DNA of 64,000 nucleotides from Eledone cirrhosa (taxonomy: Eukaryota), in NCBI GenBank assembly GCA_964016885.1, contig OZ024743.1, forward strand, positions 229,028,001 to 229,092,000. The letters run 5' to 3'. A program made the translations under genes and the position numbers. The notes below the pieces were generated by a model. The model was not told the DNA's origin and did not search any database. It worked only from the letters and a program-made list of their open reading frames with translations. Positions 25,476-44,581 of the stretch are shown in pieces. How positions within the stretch are numbered: the stretch's first letter is position 1; every line of letters begins with the position of its first letter.

Positions 25476-25592
25476 TGTTTGTTGTAGACCTAACTGTAGA
25501 GTCCTCTTACCTCTGGGAAGGGGGCAATAGAAGAGGAAGATAAGTATATTTATATATATACACACATACAACTCCTCTGCCTCCTTCACTGT

Positions 25593-26325
25593 GTGAAGGA
25601 GGCACAGGAGTTGATTCAGGAGGTGGAGACCGTGTTGATGAGTGTGGGGCTGAGAATGAATGAGATTAAGATGAAGTATCTGATAGAGAATATTAAGAAG
25701 TCAGATAAGATTATGAATGTAGGCGGGAAGCCGCTAGAATTGATTGAGGACTTCCTGTATCTTGGAACAAAGACTGGGAATACAGAAGATGATGTGGTTG
25801 AGAGGAAGACCAAAGCCTGGACAGGATGCCAAAGTTTGAGATCGGTGTGGAAGTCAGACCTTCATGAAGACCTGAAGATTCGTCTCTTCGTTACTGTAGT
25901 GGAGTATGTGGTGTTGTATGGGTCTGTGACTTGGACACTGACCAAGAAACTCACTCAAATGGTGGCTTGGTGCTACACGAGAATGCTGAGGATGGCTCTG
26001 AACATTAATCAGTATACACTGAGGACGAAGAACTCAGAGCTGTACGGGAGCCTCCCAAAAGTCAGCTCAAAAGTAGCACAGAGCACAGAGGAGACTGAGG
26101 TTAGCTGGACATGCTCACTGACATCCAGAGTTGACACTGCACTCAGTGCTCCTGTGGGAGGCCCTGCATGGACACACTAGAAGTGGGAGACCGAGGTTGA
26201 CATATGTTGATGCCCTAAGGACAGGCACTGGTCTCTTGGAGACACAGGACATGGCAGTGATGATGAGGGACAGAGACCTCTGGAGAGAACTCGTCTATGG
26301 ATCTCAGGAATTTTACCCGCCCTAG
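25593..26325 (+). mobile_element. 5'-truncated RTE-like LINE (separate family), RT C-terminus
   Basis: GLRMN..K.KY, IEDFLYLG, KAW, LKIRLF..VVLYGSVTWTLTK, RMLRMALN, GRPRLTYVD, DRDLWR; frameshift near 26085. Confidence 0.88.
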
Positions 26326-27367
26326 ATAGACACATATATCTACAAATATTTATATATATACATATATCTATAAATATATCTATGTCTATACACATATCTA
26401 CAAATATCTATATATGCAAGCGTGGAAGATGGACGTTAAACGATGATGATGATGATGATGATTTACAAATATATATATATATATATATATATATTGTCAT
26501 CTTCATTTAACATCTTATTTTCTCTGCTTGTAAGAGTTGGATGGGTTATCACAGACCAAGTCAGTACTTAATAAAAGCAACTGAGCTCTCAGATGGACCA
26601 AGAGTCGCATCTCACTTACTTACATTTCCACATTTTAAAGAGTGTACTGGGTGCATTTATCATGGCATCAGTGCATTAATGCATCAATAAACAAAAGGGT
26701 TGATTACTGGTCTTGCCTTATAGGCTGACACCAGTTATCTTTAGTTATCTATAATATAATTATGCATTGTGATATAATATGATTATATATTGTGATATGA
26801 AAATATGTATTATAATTAATTTTATGTAATATAATATGTCATAATTAATCACAATTATGAAGTTCCTATTTGAGAGAACATGTTGACAAAATTAGGCTGA
26901 TTTTACTATAGGAGCCTGCAAGAAATCAGCTGTTCTGAAAATAGAAAAATTTTGACATTTACACATAATTTAGGAGTTCTTAAATTTGATTATTAAATTT
27001 TATTGCTTGATTAAGTTAAGTTAACAGGAATCATTATTACTGGAACATTTTTGAATACCTTTAAATAAACATGTAATCAGAACTTTTATAATTTTTTGAC
27101 TAATTACTTTTTAAAGAACAGTTAAACACATATCTTTCTTCTACTTTAACTTGGGGAGTCCCTAGTAATTTCCTGTTGTGTAGATCAGCATGTTTGAGTA
27201 CTAGGAAGAGAGTCATATTACACTAGTGGGTTTAGATTGTGTGTCCTAGGAAATAATGTTTCTTATTTATTTCTACATCATCATCATCGTTTAACATCCA
27301 TTTTCCACGCTAGCAACGGTTAATCCAATGTGTTTCAAATTTCTTTATCATCAATGAATTTCCTGCA

Positions 27368-27679
27368 ATATTAATAATAATTGTTTCTACTTTAGGCACA
27401 AGGCCAGCAAATACTCAGTGCATTACTGGTACTTTATTTTATCGACCCCGTAAGGATGAAAGGCAAAGTCAACCTCGGCGATATTAATAATAATTGTTTC
27501 TACTTTAGGCACAGGGCCAGCAATTACCCAGTGCATTACTGGTACTTTATTTTATCGACCCCCGTAAGGATGAAAGGCAAAGTCAACCTCGGCGGGATTT
27601 GAACTCAGATCGTAAAGGGACGTAACTATGCTGGAAAGCATGGCGTCCGATCCTCTATCGATACTGCCAATCCACCGCC
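27368..27679 (-). mobile_element. SINE (11513 family) with its 3' 113 bp tandemly duplicated
   Basis: 27368-27480 is repeated at 27481-27594; the full copy ends at 27679. An older relative follows at ~27700-27895. Confidence 0.92.
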
Positions 27680-28183
27680 TATGATTTCTAATTTAATGAT
27701 TTCTAATTTAAGCTAGCAATTTGTTGGTTAGGGAAAGTCAATTATATCTACCCCAGTACTTTACTGGTACTTTATCAATCCCAGATGGATGAAAGGCAAA
27801 GTTGATCTTGGTGAGGTTTGAACTCAGAACATAAAGGGTAGTAACTAAATGCTGCAAAGCATATTATTGAACACTTTAAAGATTCTGCCAATCTGTCACA
27901 CTTACCAAATCAATAACAATAAAAAGAAAAACAATAATAGCCGATTATCAAAACTGATTAATTAGCAAAAAAAAAGCTAATATTGATTAATCTGCAAAAT
28001 GACCGATATGATCAATACTAATTATCTGCTGATTAATCAGTACAACACAAATAGTGTGTACATGTGAACTACTGTATGGTAGTCCCTGGTTCCAAAACTG
28101 AAATCTTATATGAAACATATAGGATGAAACTTGACTGCATTTTAGAAAGTTAAAAATGATGGGTATGAGGTGTCAGCAGTGGT

Positions 28184-28220
<37 letters not shown>

Positions 28221-28894
28221 TGGTGATGTCAGCAGTGATGGTAGCAGTGGTAGTGGTGGTGGCAGGTGTTAACTCCATGTTAAGCTATCAGTTCTAAAGG
28301 GGAAAACAATATTGTTGCTAATTGAACTTGCATTTCCTTTCACTATATTCCAGATAATTATAGCAACCTAATTTCTTTGTTGAAGAAAAATAAACACACA
28401 CACACACATTAGAATAACATACAACACACAGAACAACTCAAAGCTATAAGTAACTGACCACACACACACACACACACAAAAGACATTCTGAAGATTCTTA
28501 AGTGTGTGGATGAGGTGAAAAGAGACTGGCTGAGGTGGTGTTGAGGCAAAGTTAATCTAACAAAGTGTTTTGGTGTAATTATGGACTACCACCATCACAA
28601 CCACCACTACCATCTGGCCACGCACCTGGGGGTGAAGGTGAGGTAGAAATGAAATGTGGAGACTTTTAATTTTCTCAACAAGTGATTTCTTAAAGGCAAA
28701 TATAGTTATACACCATTTTATTGTTAGTCTATAAGTTTACTCTCACTAAACCACTTGTTAATCTGTCAAATGTCAAGTGTAGTTCTTTTTCTTCATCATC
28801 TTCTTTGTCTTCCTCTACCTTCTTCTCAGTAAGGACAAACCCCAAGCTACATAGCACAAGCTCACCCACACTTGATTGACACCAATCTACCAAT

Positions 28895-29092
28895 CACACT
28901 AACACCACTACTACCACCTCCATTACCACCTCCACTAACACCACTATTACCCCCTCCCTATCACCACTATCAATCCCACTACCACTGCTTCCATTACCAC
29001 CACTACTACTACCCCTTCCCTACCACCACTATTACTACCACTTCCACAACCATCTCTACTACAACCATCACCATTACCTCCACCTCTACACC
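28895..29092. repeat. Degenerate (CCA/CTA)n tract
   Basis: Direct reading. Confidence 0.85.
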
Positions 29093-29599
29093 ATACATGA
29101 AAACAGTCATGTTTTCTTCTTGACAGGATGTTAAATAGAATAACAAATTATTATTTGTTTTGTTTTGTTTTTATTCCCAATCAATGAACTTATAATTAGC
29201 AACAAAGAAGGTCAAGTGTTGAAATTTTTATTTGTAAGGAGGTCAAGGGTTTGTAAAGGGCTATCACAAATTCTTGGCAATATAATCTCACCAGGTGGAC
29301 ATCTCACCCTGGAAAGCAACAGTAAAAATTAAACATCTTTTTTAATGTTTTTTTAAATCCTAGCTAATACTGGCATTTCATTCTCTTCATCAATTAACTC
29401 TTAATATCATGTAATGGTTTAACAGAAAATATCTAAAAACGTGTTTAATTCAAATCTTTATAGTATCTTTAGCTGTAGACGGAATTTTGTGAAAATTTGC
29501 AGTATCAGAGTAATGACTTTAATTTTTAATGTGATCCCAGCCCACAGTGTCACAGCAAAAACATCCATTCCATACTGTAAAGTTGTCATGTAGGCATCA

Positions 29600-29790
29600 C
29601 AGCAAAAAGCACACAGTGCTAACTGTAAATGAAGTTGGTGCTAGGAAGGGCAACCGGCTGTAGAAACCAAGCCTAAATCGGTTCTGTATGAACATAACAT
29701 GGTCACCTGCACTAGCATTGCTCATACCAGGATAACTTGTCTAACCCATGCCCGCATGGAAAAATGGACGTTAAACGGTGATGATGATGC
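29600..29790 (+). mobile_element. RTE-tail-derived short repeat
   Basis: ctgtaaatgaagttggtgctaggaagggcaaccggctgtagaaacc...gcatggaaaaatggacgttaaacggtgatgatgatg. Confidence 0.8.
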
Positions 29791-30595
29791 TTTGTACTGT
29801 TCAAGAATGCCTTGCTTATGTTGTACATGGTATTAAGAGTTAAGGGAAATCTCTCAGAGAAAAGATTAAATTCTTCAATGAAGATATGTGGGTTAGTGGT
29901 GAGGTGTAGGGCCTATGATTGTAATATTGTGGGTTCAACTCGTTGTCTGGATGGTTCAAGTGGTGTATAAAGGGGTGGGGATGCTTACTCAGATTTAGCT
30001 AGGAGCTCCACAATATTTAAAATGGATCAAATTGATATTTTGCTTCATAAATAAGAAACAATGGTCCCAAATAAATTTTCAGCCATGAGTCCCAAGCAAA
30101 CTTAATCCATTCCTCAGTGGCATATTGTGTTCTGGAGTAAGCTTTGACTTCAGTTCAAGATATATGATTTGTTAAATATGCTAGACATTGATATGGACAC
30201 ACATATGGGAGGACACACACACTCACATATGATGGGTTTCTACAGATTTTAATTTACGTTCAACTCCCACTTTCTTCAGCAAGGAGTTGCAGCCAGCAGA
30301 TAATTATCAGAACTAGAAAGACCAATCAAAATATTATTTCCTTGGTCCAATTTGAATCAGCTCCTTCCTTTTTCTATTATATGTGTGTATGTGAGATGCA
30401 GTTTCTGATTATCAAATTCCACACGCGATTTATTGGTTATAGTAGATACTTGTCGAAGGAGTGGTGCAGTGTGATCGAATCCAAAATCACATTGCTGTTA
30501 AGTAAACTTCTTAACTATACAGCTATGTGCATATGTGTGTGTGTGCGCATGCCTGTATATGTATATATAAATATCTAGACACACACATATATATG

Positions 30596-30626
<31 letters not shown>

Positions 30627-33600
30627 GTATGTATATTATATAAAATGGCTTCTCTTCAGTTTAAATATAATTCAATCAGAAACATATTATTTAGTAGTAC
30701 ATCCTCCCTGGCTCCTGTTGAGAACTGACAAGTTAGATCATGCAACTCAGGTTAATAATTAAATTGAGTCCTTCAACATCATATTATCCCCAAATTGTGA
30801 GGCGCAAAATCAAACGGCACACATTGATAGATAGAAGGAAAGAAATATCTCTTCAAACAAGATAGTGTTGAGTGAAGGAAGGAAAGCTGTCAATAAACTT
30901 CACTGCACTAATGGAACATAATTGTAATGAGGGTCTTCCTTTTCAGTTACAGTGTTGTAGCATTAGTTTCATTAGGAAACGTATATCGATTCCTTTGAAC
31001 CAGGCATAAGGCCAATTTCTACAGAGGAGAAATGTAGTTGATTAAATCAACTCATATATTATATAACTAAATACTTCTTGCTTTACTGACTTCCATGGTA
31101 TAAAAGGCAAAGTCCATTCTTAGTAGGATTTGAACTAAGATTGTAAATGGACAAAACTAAGGGGTATTTGATAAAGATTTGGCTGCTATTTCTAAGTAAC
31201 CAAACAACCAGAGAGAGAGGGTCTCTCATTGGAAATACATGGAGTAATAAATAAGTTCTCATAAAAAAATTTATCAAAAATTTAATTGGATAACTTATTT
31301 TTTCACTTATTTATTCACTCACTAGACTATAGCCCTGAAGGGATTTATCCAGTCATAACAACTCTAGTTTCAAGTCTGGTACATGTTTTGTTGATCCTTA
31401 TTTTATGTGGCTTCAGTCCAATCAGCTAGCACAAATCAATTATATCTGTAATTCAAAAGGCCAGCCGTGTCTCACCTTGTGTCACACTGAATCTCCCTGA
31501 GAACTATGTTAAGTGTACATATGTCTGAGAAATGTTAAGCCCTTTAATCTCATGTTAATGTTATAGGTAGGGTGTTTGATTCTTTTAAATACCTGGAATA
31601 CTCATCATTGAAACTAGTAAAGGTCCATCAACAACAATATAGAAACAGCTGTTCCTCATATACACATGGGTCAGGAGACATTTCAGATATACATATTTGT
31701 ATCGATCTTTTGAGCAGATGTTTCAATGATTCTGTACTAACCACTCAGGTGTGAAGTGGAAATGGTTATGTTGAGAGACCTACATTGAACCAAGGAAATT
31801 AAGGGCTTCACTTAGAAGCTTAATACGATCTCATCTAGCTGAGGTGAAACTGATTGGTGAAGAAATATTTCTTTTAGTACTTCAACATTTTGTTACCATA
31901 TTTCCAAGGTAAAACATTACCTATGAAATTTAAATCATTTTGAAAATAATCAAGAATTTACAGGAATTCAATAGTATAACTAATCTTCTCAATTATAAAG
32001 CTGGTGTTTGGAACATAACAACGATTCTTACATTAAAGTTTCATTTCATAGATTTTTAGGGTGTCTTATTCCAGTCCTATCAAGGAAGGCAATGTGTTAT
32101 TAAACATCATGGCCAAGAACATGTGCAACTTAAAGCTGGAAATGAACCCATAACTTAATGTTCATGAATCCTACACTCTAACCACTAGACCATTCACCTT
32201 CATTCTCCCTCCTTGTTTCATCACAGATACAATGTAAAATAAAGCTTCCTACATAGAAACAATGAAACACAGGCAGCATATTTGGGCTCATGGTCCAATA
32301 GCACATTTAATAATTAATTTAATACCTTATCCAGCAATCCATCAATTTTGCCATGCAGTTTACCAGCAGTCAAATTAACATCAAGCAGTTCCACAGGACA
32401 GTGAGACAAAGATTTATTGATGGATGTCAGTTCAATATGATTTTAATATAATGGTGTTATTATAAATGACGCTATTACAGGAACATATTATGTTGTATAA
32501 TAAATTAAGTCAGATCCACAATTCCTCACTCTTCCTTAACTCTTTTGATATGAACCCACCTAAAACTGCCCTTGGTTCTATAAAACAAAGCCAACCATTT
32601 TAAAAGGTTCCTGCCAGCATTAAAATCTCCCAGCATAATTTAATATGAGAGCCTTTTAAATCATATTACAAATATGGTCTTAATAATAGAACAATTAATG
32701 ACTTTAGTAAATCCCTCTAAATACAGCAGTAATTAATTCAGGTATGATGAATTTTCTTGAAAGTATGATAATGAAAGTTTTAATACACTTGAGTAAAATG
32801 AAAGGTATGTGAATTTTAATTCTCCTTTAAAATAAAAGTCATATATAATAAGGTGAAATAATTAACATTGTTCAAATCAGCAGCTGTTAAAGATAAGGAA
32901 GGCACATAGCCTATTGGCTCACATTTGTAAGGTCATGAGTTCATTTCTTGGACTAGGTAGCAAGTTATGTCTTTGGGCAAAAGGCTTTATTTTACATTGT
33001 TCTAGCTCACTCAGTTGAAAAACATTAGTTGTAATGACACAGGTGACAAGCTGTATCAGCCTTTGCCTTTCCCTCAGACAGTATTGGTAGCATGGGGAGA
33101 GAAAACTGGCATTGGAAAGAAACTTTCCAGGTACAAATAATTCATGGTTAGTCATGACTGAAAAGAGCCTTTATATAATATACATCTAAAATTCATACAG
33201 AAATTCAGGTTGTTTCACACCGAAGCTTGATTCGTAATTATAATACCCAAAACAAGCATGGCTAATATCATTGATACCATTTGTTATTTAAAAATTATAT
33301 AACTAATGTGAATAATAACTATTATTCATGAGTTAATTATTTTTGATAAGAAGAAAAGAATTAAAATGGAAGTATAGTGATGGCATTAGGAATTTATGGT
33401 TTAGGCCAGAGTTTAACCAATTTTTTAAATGTTGCTACTCCACTGAGAGTACAAGGCTCTCCCGACTTGACAGGACAACAGTCAATTGCAATGTTAACTT
33501 CCCATCTGCTGTTGGCATTCATTTCAGCAACATGAAAAAAACTGCTTTGCTCAAGAACAGGATGCTCTTCCTCTGATCCAGGAATTAAACCCACTACACT

Positions 33601-34672
33601 TTAATTGTAAGCACCATCACCCTAAGCACTAGACAGCACACCTTCACTAGGAATTAATCAATTTGAATATTTATAAGGAAAAAAAAGTGAAACTGATTAC
33701 ATGTTAAATTAATTGATTTCCTGCTGCAGCAGAAGATTCAAATATTGTCATCTACATAATTAACAAAATAAAAAAAATGTATATTACCTTAGCAAAATAA
33801 GTCAATAAGAATCCATAAATGGATCCAATGTTATGTTTTGCACAAAGAAACATTTGGATGCATTCTCAATATGATGATATCAATTAAAATAAGAGAGGCA
33901 CATATTTTGTTTTATTATATATGAGTAGAAGTGTTGGAAGCTAATCTTAAGAAACTATATTACTCAATGATGAGAGACAAGTGAAAATATGATATACTGT
34001 AAAGGACTCATACAACTCATGGAAAAACGAATGTAAAAATGATGATAATGTTAATATATGTTATAATATAAAAGTTCACATAAATACAAAAACAAATCAT
34101 ACAATGTGAAACTGATGGTTCAATGAAGTATACTTTTACTATTTCACTGGTTTCAGTTATCAGACATCAGCTATGCTGGGGCACCACCTTGAAAGGGGTT
34201 AGTCAATGTTGACCCTAAATATTTATTACTTTTAAAGTTTGGTACTTATTTCATCGATCACTTTTCTAAGTTATACAACATAAAGATTAAACACACACAC
34301 ATTATTATCATTTTGTGTCCTATGTCCATGCTGGCATGGATTAGATGGATTGTCATGGCTCAAGAAAAGACAGGTCAAAGGAAACTGTCTTGTTCATATG
34401 TACCATAGTAGAAGGTGCTTGTCCAAGGTACATGACTGAATCTGAAATCATGTGGTTACAATGCGAACTGTTAGTGTTGATTATGTTTATAATTAATTAC
34501 TGTTGTATTAATTAGTAATGCTGTAAAATTAGCTCAAATCATAAAAATGTCACAAACAATTATCGATATTTCAGCAATAACTTTAAGGTATTTGATTATT
34601 ACAAAGTCTAAACTATTGATGAACTAAAGACAGTGATTAAAAGTTATTTTCTCCTAATATCAATATTTTTAA

Positions 34673-34906
34673 CACTTTTGTTACATTTCTATTGAAAGAC
34701 ACTGCCTATGATTTTATAATCAATTTGAAAGTGATGAAGAATTTGAAGAGAATTAGTAATAAAACTAACTTTATCATTATTAAGTTGGTGTTTGGAACAC
34801 AACAAAGCCTCTTACATAATATTATGATGGAAGATGTTTAGATGCATTGTAAAACAAACAGTTTTGCATCATAGAAGCAGTTTTAGATTATCTGATATTA
34901 AAAGGG
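34673..34906 (+). mobile_element. piggyBac-type MITE with TTAA duplication
   Basis: ttaa|cacttttgttac...gatattaaaaggg|ttaa. Further diverged copies near 1275, 14993, 31882, 32536, 36262, 39110, 44880, 47128, 51340 and 57270. Confidence 0.85.
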
Positions 34907-37419
34907 TTAATCCAATTGATTTTTAAAAGGTTTTTCTATACTTGACACATAATATATCTTTCTTCAAGTTGCCTGCAGTTATCTTGAAAGAACTTGTAGT
35001 TGTCAACATTCAATATATCTTGTTTATATAAAATGTATGTAACCTAATTTTTTTCCCCTTACCATTAATGTATATATAATGCTACAAATACAATGTATGC
35101 ATAGTAATAAATTTTTCTTTCAATTTTTCATTTATGATTTTTAAATATTTGTTTGTTCCTCTTCAGCTGCAAACAAAAGTAGTGAAAATATGAAAAGAAA
35201 TTATCCAAACTATTTTATACTTAGTAATGGGCATATAGAAAGAAAGGATGACTCAACATTTTGAAAAGTACATAACAATCTCACAAGTGCTCGTACCATG
35301 ATAAAATGCACTAAGTACACTCTGTAAAGTAGTATTGCTGGTGCTATGATAAAATGCACCCAGTACACTTTGAAAATTTGCCAAAATATGGAATGTAAGT
35401 TCAAGATGTGTATCTTTAACCCATCTAGTATCATAATGACCTGTCCAACCCATACCAGCATGGAAACTGGATGTAAAATGATGATGACTGGACAAGTATA
35501 AATTTATATTTTCTACTGATTCTGTCTATGATAAAGACAAAATTTTGAATATTTTACAAGCATGTATACAACAAAAACATGGCTATTAGTTTCTTATTGT
35601 GTGGTTTATGGGAGCAAGATATGGGTGACAATGTGAAGCAATAGATCTGAGTGAAAAGAATGGATATGAGAATGGTTCAGTGGATGAGTGCCTTATTGCT
35701 CAGAGGGAGAAAGACAAATAATGAATTGCAGAGAATAAATCTAGAATGTTAGTTTAGCAGGTTTCATACAAGGTAGGAAGTTTTTCAAGTGTTTTAATGT
35801 TAGGTGCCTCAGTATGCTCAAGAACACAATGCTCTGCTTTGACCATGACTTTATGATCATGCGTTTTGCACCCTACACCATGGCCATTCACAATTGCAAG
35901 GAGTGATGGGATGGAGCCAGTACTGTGAAGAGAAATTATATGGTTGGGTTATGTGTTGAAGAAGGACGAATGTGACTGAATGAGAGGAATGTTGGAAATT
36001 AATATGGAAGGGTGTAAAATAAGGGGAAGACTTGGGGTAAACAACAACAGCAACTGAATGTTTGCAGTGACAGTTATGTTTATGGTGTTACAACCAACAG
36101 CAAAGGAGTCAATCATTGGTATCCTATGAAGTATGCTGTATCACTGAGAAATACATCTACCGCCATATGATTTTGTCCAAACAGCTATAAATAGGTACCA
36201 TTGAGATAAGGTACATTTTACTTCTATAAGTAGCAAAAGTACTAACTGATTAATGTTTTTTTTAAGCCTTTCATTGTTATATTGCTATTGAAAGTATCAT
36301 CATCATCGACTGCCACTTTCAGATTATTTTGAAAATAATTTAATAAATAATTTAATAAAATAACTGACTTGTGTATTACTAAGCTGGTGTTTGGAACATA
36401 ACATAACAAAAGTTCTTATATAAATTATGATGGAAGGATTTCAAATATATATACTTTTAAACAGTTTTGTATTGTAATAACAAAGGCGGTTTCATGTAGT
36501 TTTGTATCAAAAGAGCATCTATTTAAATTGATATAAGAGAGTGAGAGCGAGAGAGAGAGTGAGTGAGAAAGAAAGAACTTATGAGAGAATGTGTGAGAGC
36601 ATGTATGAGAGAATGTGTGAGAGCATGTATGAGAGTGAGTGAGGGCATATATGAGCGAATGTGAGATAGAGGGAGAGAGAGAGAGACAGACAAACGGAGA
36701 GAGAGAGGGGGAGATTAAAAGGGTGTGTGAATGTGTATCAAAGAATAAGAAAGTGTGGTGGTGATGGTCTGTTGTTATTGTGTTTGGACATATTCTTATT
36801 GTTATATCATTTTAATGTATGTTTTTCTATCTTGTGTCTTGTCTTGTCTGTAAAGTCTATCTCACCACCTCTTCCAATGTCTTCCTTGTTCTTCTTCTCT
36901 GATCTGCCAAGGGTATTTTCTACTGCTAGCATGTCAGTTTTTCACCCAGCAGGTGTCGTTTGTCGTTTATACACATTACATGTCTGTACAAGTATAACCA
37001 CCTTCCATGCACATGTCTGCCAAATGCCTTGTCATCTCGCATGCACCCAGCCTTTTTATACAAGTTTGTATTTTTCGCAATGAATCTCAAGAAAAGAAAA
37101 CAATATAAAACCTACAAACTCCAAGTTCAATTTACATGTAAGACATCATTCAAACCTGTTTTTCCATGTGATGGGAAAATAACGACTCCTCATAATGACT
37201 TAACTATTAAGCTATGTTGCCTCCTCTTGGTGTCTATTAACTATTAAAAACTTGCAAATAATTTTGTGAATTAGTCTTGACAGCAGCAGAAAAATATAAA
37301 TATAAAAATAAAATAAAACAATATTTGAAATAATATAAAAAGAAATATCAAAATCTTTTCTTTGAATTTCTTCAAAATATGTTTCAGTCATTTATAAAAA
37401 AAATGCGTTGGTATTGTTA

Positions 37420-37640
37420 TTACTCTCCTCTTCATCACCATCATCAACACCATTGCCATCATCATCATTGCCATCGTTAATCATCATTACCACTACTATC
37501 ATCATCACTGTCAATATCATTTCAATCATCATCACCCTCATTCTAATCATTATTGCTATCCTCATCATTGCCTTCACTCTTATCATCATTATTACCACCA
37601 CAATCGTCATCATCATCATCATGGCCATCACCCTTATCAC
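37420..37640. repeat. Degenerate (CAT)n tract
   Basis: Direct reading. Confidence 0.88.
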
Positions 37641-40600
37641 AAACCTTATTGCTCTTTCAATTATTATTCATCTTCTTTATAGTCATTAATTATAAATAAT
37701 GGCCATGGCCAATGTTAAAGAAAAAAGAAGGCAGAGCAAAACAAAAAAGGAAAAGAACACAATAAGAAAATGGTAAAATGCTGTAGGAAGTGAGTATCCA
37801 ACAAAGCTATACCACCACTCTGTCTGACGATGATGATGACAATATGAAAGTTTTCGAAATTGGATTATAGCATTATATCACAGGAAAAGCTATTGGCTAG
37901 GTTCAGAGGTTGGAAAGAAACTTTTTTGTCTACCTAATGGATACACATCCTCAATCAATTTCTAAATTTCTTCGGGGAAATCCTGACAGTCACAATAAAT
38001 AAATAAATAAATAAATGATTGAATGAATGAATAAATAAATAAATATATAAATAAATTATTAAATTCTTCTTCATGCAGGCAAACATCTTCTAAAAAAGAT
38101 ATTCCAGCAAGTTATATTCCTTTAATGAAGCCAGACCCTTTTTTCTTTTGCTTATTTTTTATATTCCTCTCTCAGCTTCCCTACCTCAAACCTTCATTCT
38201 ATCAACACTTCATTCTGTTTATCACACAAACCTTGCCCCACACCTACACAAAGATTTCTTCCACACCCTTGACAAGTCTGGGCTTCTATTGCCGAACTGC
38301 GTCCCACCCTATTCCTCAGCGCCAAGTGAACCAAAATTAAGTTACCTTCCCTACCACTATTATTAGCAAACAATAACTGGAGAAGTAATGAATTAATTTA
38401 GTCAGTTTTTTTGCAAAGGTCTCTCAGCTTTAGTCTCACTCTACTTCCAAAACAATGAAAACTTCACCACCCTGCCACCCTCCAACACAAGCTTTTCTTG
38501 ATATTCAGCATGTTGGTAAAACAGAAAATCTAAAGCTAAGTGTGGAAGAGACAGGTGTTTATTAAAAAGCAAAAGTATTGTCAAATATCTTCACCAGACA
38601 TTAATTATATTTTAATAAAGGAAAGTGAATTAATGTATTCATATCCAGAAAAAAAAAAAAATTCTAAACCAGTGTGACCACAGTCTAATTACTGAAACTA
38701 ATAGAGAAGTAAGTTAACTTTAAAATACTGTTATAAATAATACTTAAATGTTGCAGATTCATGTTTGAAACTTCATTGATTGCAATTAAATGCAAACAAA
38801 CAAATAATTATCAAATTCCAATGAGATGTTATATTTATACCAATAATATTTTAATTAGATTTACACTATAAATAGCTATTTTAATTAAGCTTTTCAAAGG
38901 TAATTACTTTCACTGATGCCTACCTTTCTTTACAATGTCTTTAAGAATTAAAATTGTTATATTCCTTGTTACTTTCTACGCCAATTGATAATGTGTAACA
39001 TTCCTTTCAAGTGAGCAGTAAACTAATAACTATTTAACTGTATTACTAGCTAAAATATGTTCAATTAAAATGAAATGGAGGGAATTCACAGAGTAGTTAG
39101 TGTTGGATTAACATTTTCATGATCCTTCTTCTAATGAAATACACTGTATTTGAATTAATCAATGAAGAATTTGGAAGAATATACTAAAGTTATTTATTAT
39201 TTTATTATTAATATAGTATTTGAATCATTAAAAATTTTGCAGTTGCTAACTACAAGTTGTTAGGATCTTAACCATTTCTTCCATGTGTAAAAAGTCATAG
39301 TAAAAAATATTGATGAGGCAAAAATATCCCCAAAATTTAAAGAATACAAATTTCAAGTTATAGAAATGATAGATGACATGCAGCAGATGTTTATCTAGAG
39401 AAATTATATACTATCACTTGAATAGTAATAAGATTTACATTAACATCTACATTTAAATAGGAATAGGCTATTACAGGCAGTATCAGGTGGTGTTAATTTA
39501 TTATCATGAAACATTTTGTGTAGTATTGCACTGAAAGATATAGATGTTCCATCACTAAGGAATCTAAACTAACACATTTTACTAATGCTTCAAAGCCTAA
39601 CTACTCGCCTGAAGATGGTCTCAGATGTGGTTAAGTATATACACTAACCTGTGTTTATAACGAAATACTTGTTGAAACAAATTTGTTTCTGTGTTGGATG
39701 ATACACTTCCTATTGCTATTTTCAATGAGCGGATGGTTTTGTTCATGTAAAATAAAACAAGCAATTATATGCTATATCTGTGATACGATATGATAATCTT
39801 AACTAACTTATGAACATATATAATGAATGCACATTCAAATTTCCACTCTCTCTCTATCTCTTTCCATTCTTAGTGCCTATATTTTTTTCCATAGAGCCTC
39901 ACTTAAGTCTAAAGAAAAATGTTTACCATAGTATGTAAAGATTTATACCATTTTGTGTAAAACAATATTTTTAATGCCATATTGCTACATTCTGTCTCTC
40001 ATAAAATTCATAAATTTCGTTCCTATGTACAAAACGTTATTTTTAATAACAAACATTATTCAATTGTAACAACTTGGGGTATGGCAAATAATTTTTTATA
40101 ATTATGTGTCATTTCTTTAGCATTGTTCCAGACATTATTTTCTCTGCTTGACAGTTAGACCAGCTATGTTATTTATGACCAGCCAGTAGAACTCATAAAT
40201 GGCTTTCCTATAGTATTCTAGCTTTTCAATAAGGAAATAACAAATTAAAAAAGAAAAAATACACAAACACACACAACAACAAACACATCAAAAACTAAAA
40301 AAATATAATTTCATCATTTTAAACATGTTTAGCAAAATTGCCTTTTCTTTATAGAATTACATGTATAGCTAAACTGTTTTATATTTTCTTGTTTTAATCG
40401 CAGAACACGTTTAATTATAAAATAAATAAATAAAAACTAATTATAATCATAAACCGTTTGTAGCAAAACTAATTATAGTCATAAGACATGTGTAGCAAGA
40501 TTAATTTTTATCCTATATGTTTAGCATAATGGCTTCAATTTTTCAACATATATTTCACAGACATCTTTTCTTTTTTACAATTATTGTTATTATTATCATT

Positions 40601-40799
40601 ATTATTATTACAATTACAAAGAAGCTGATTACTAAGTAGATACTGACATGAGTGTCTGTTTGAAATTATAAATACAGTAGTGGCATGTGTTGAGCAGGTG
40701 TATGTATGCATACACACACTCAAAGGATATGTGACATGCATGTGTACATATATACATTGATGATGCCGTCTGTGGAACATAATGTTTATGAGAATGTTC

Positions 40800-44581
<3,782 letters not shown>

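Noticed and set aside
30645-30670. tcttcag next to a TA tract
   Set aside because: No partner GAAA box or stems.
39600-39690. CTGAAGATGG...CGAAA as a plus-strand hammerhead
   Set aside because: No convincing stem I or stem II closure could be formed.
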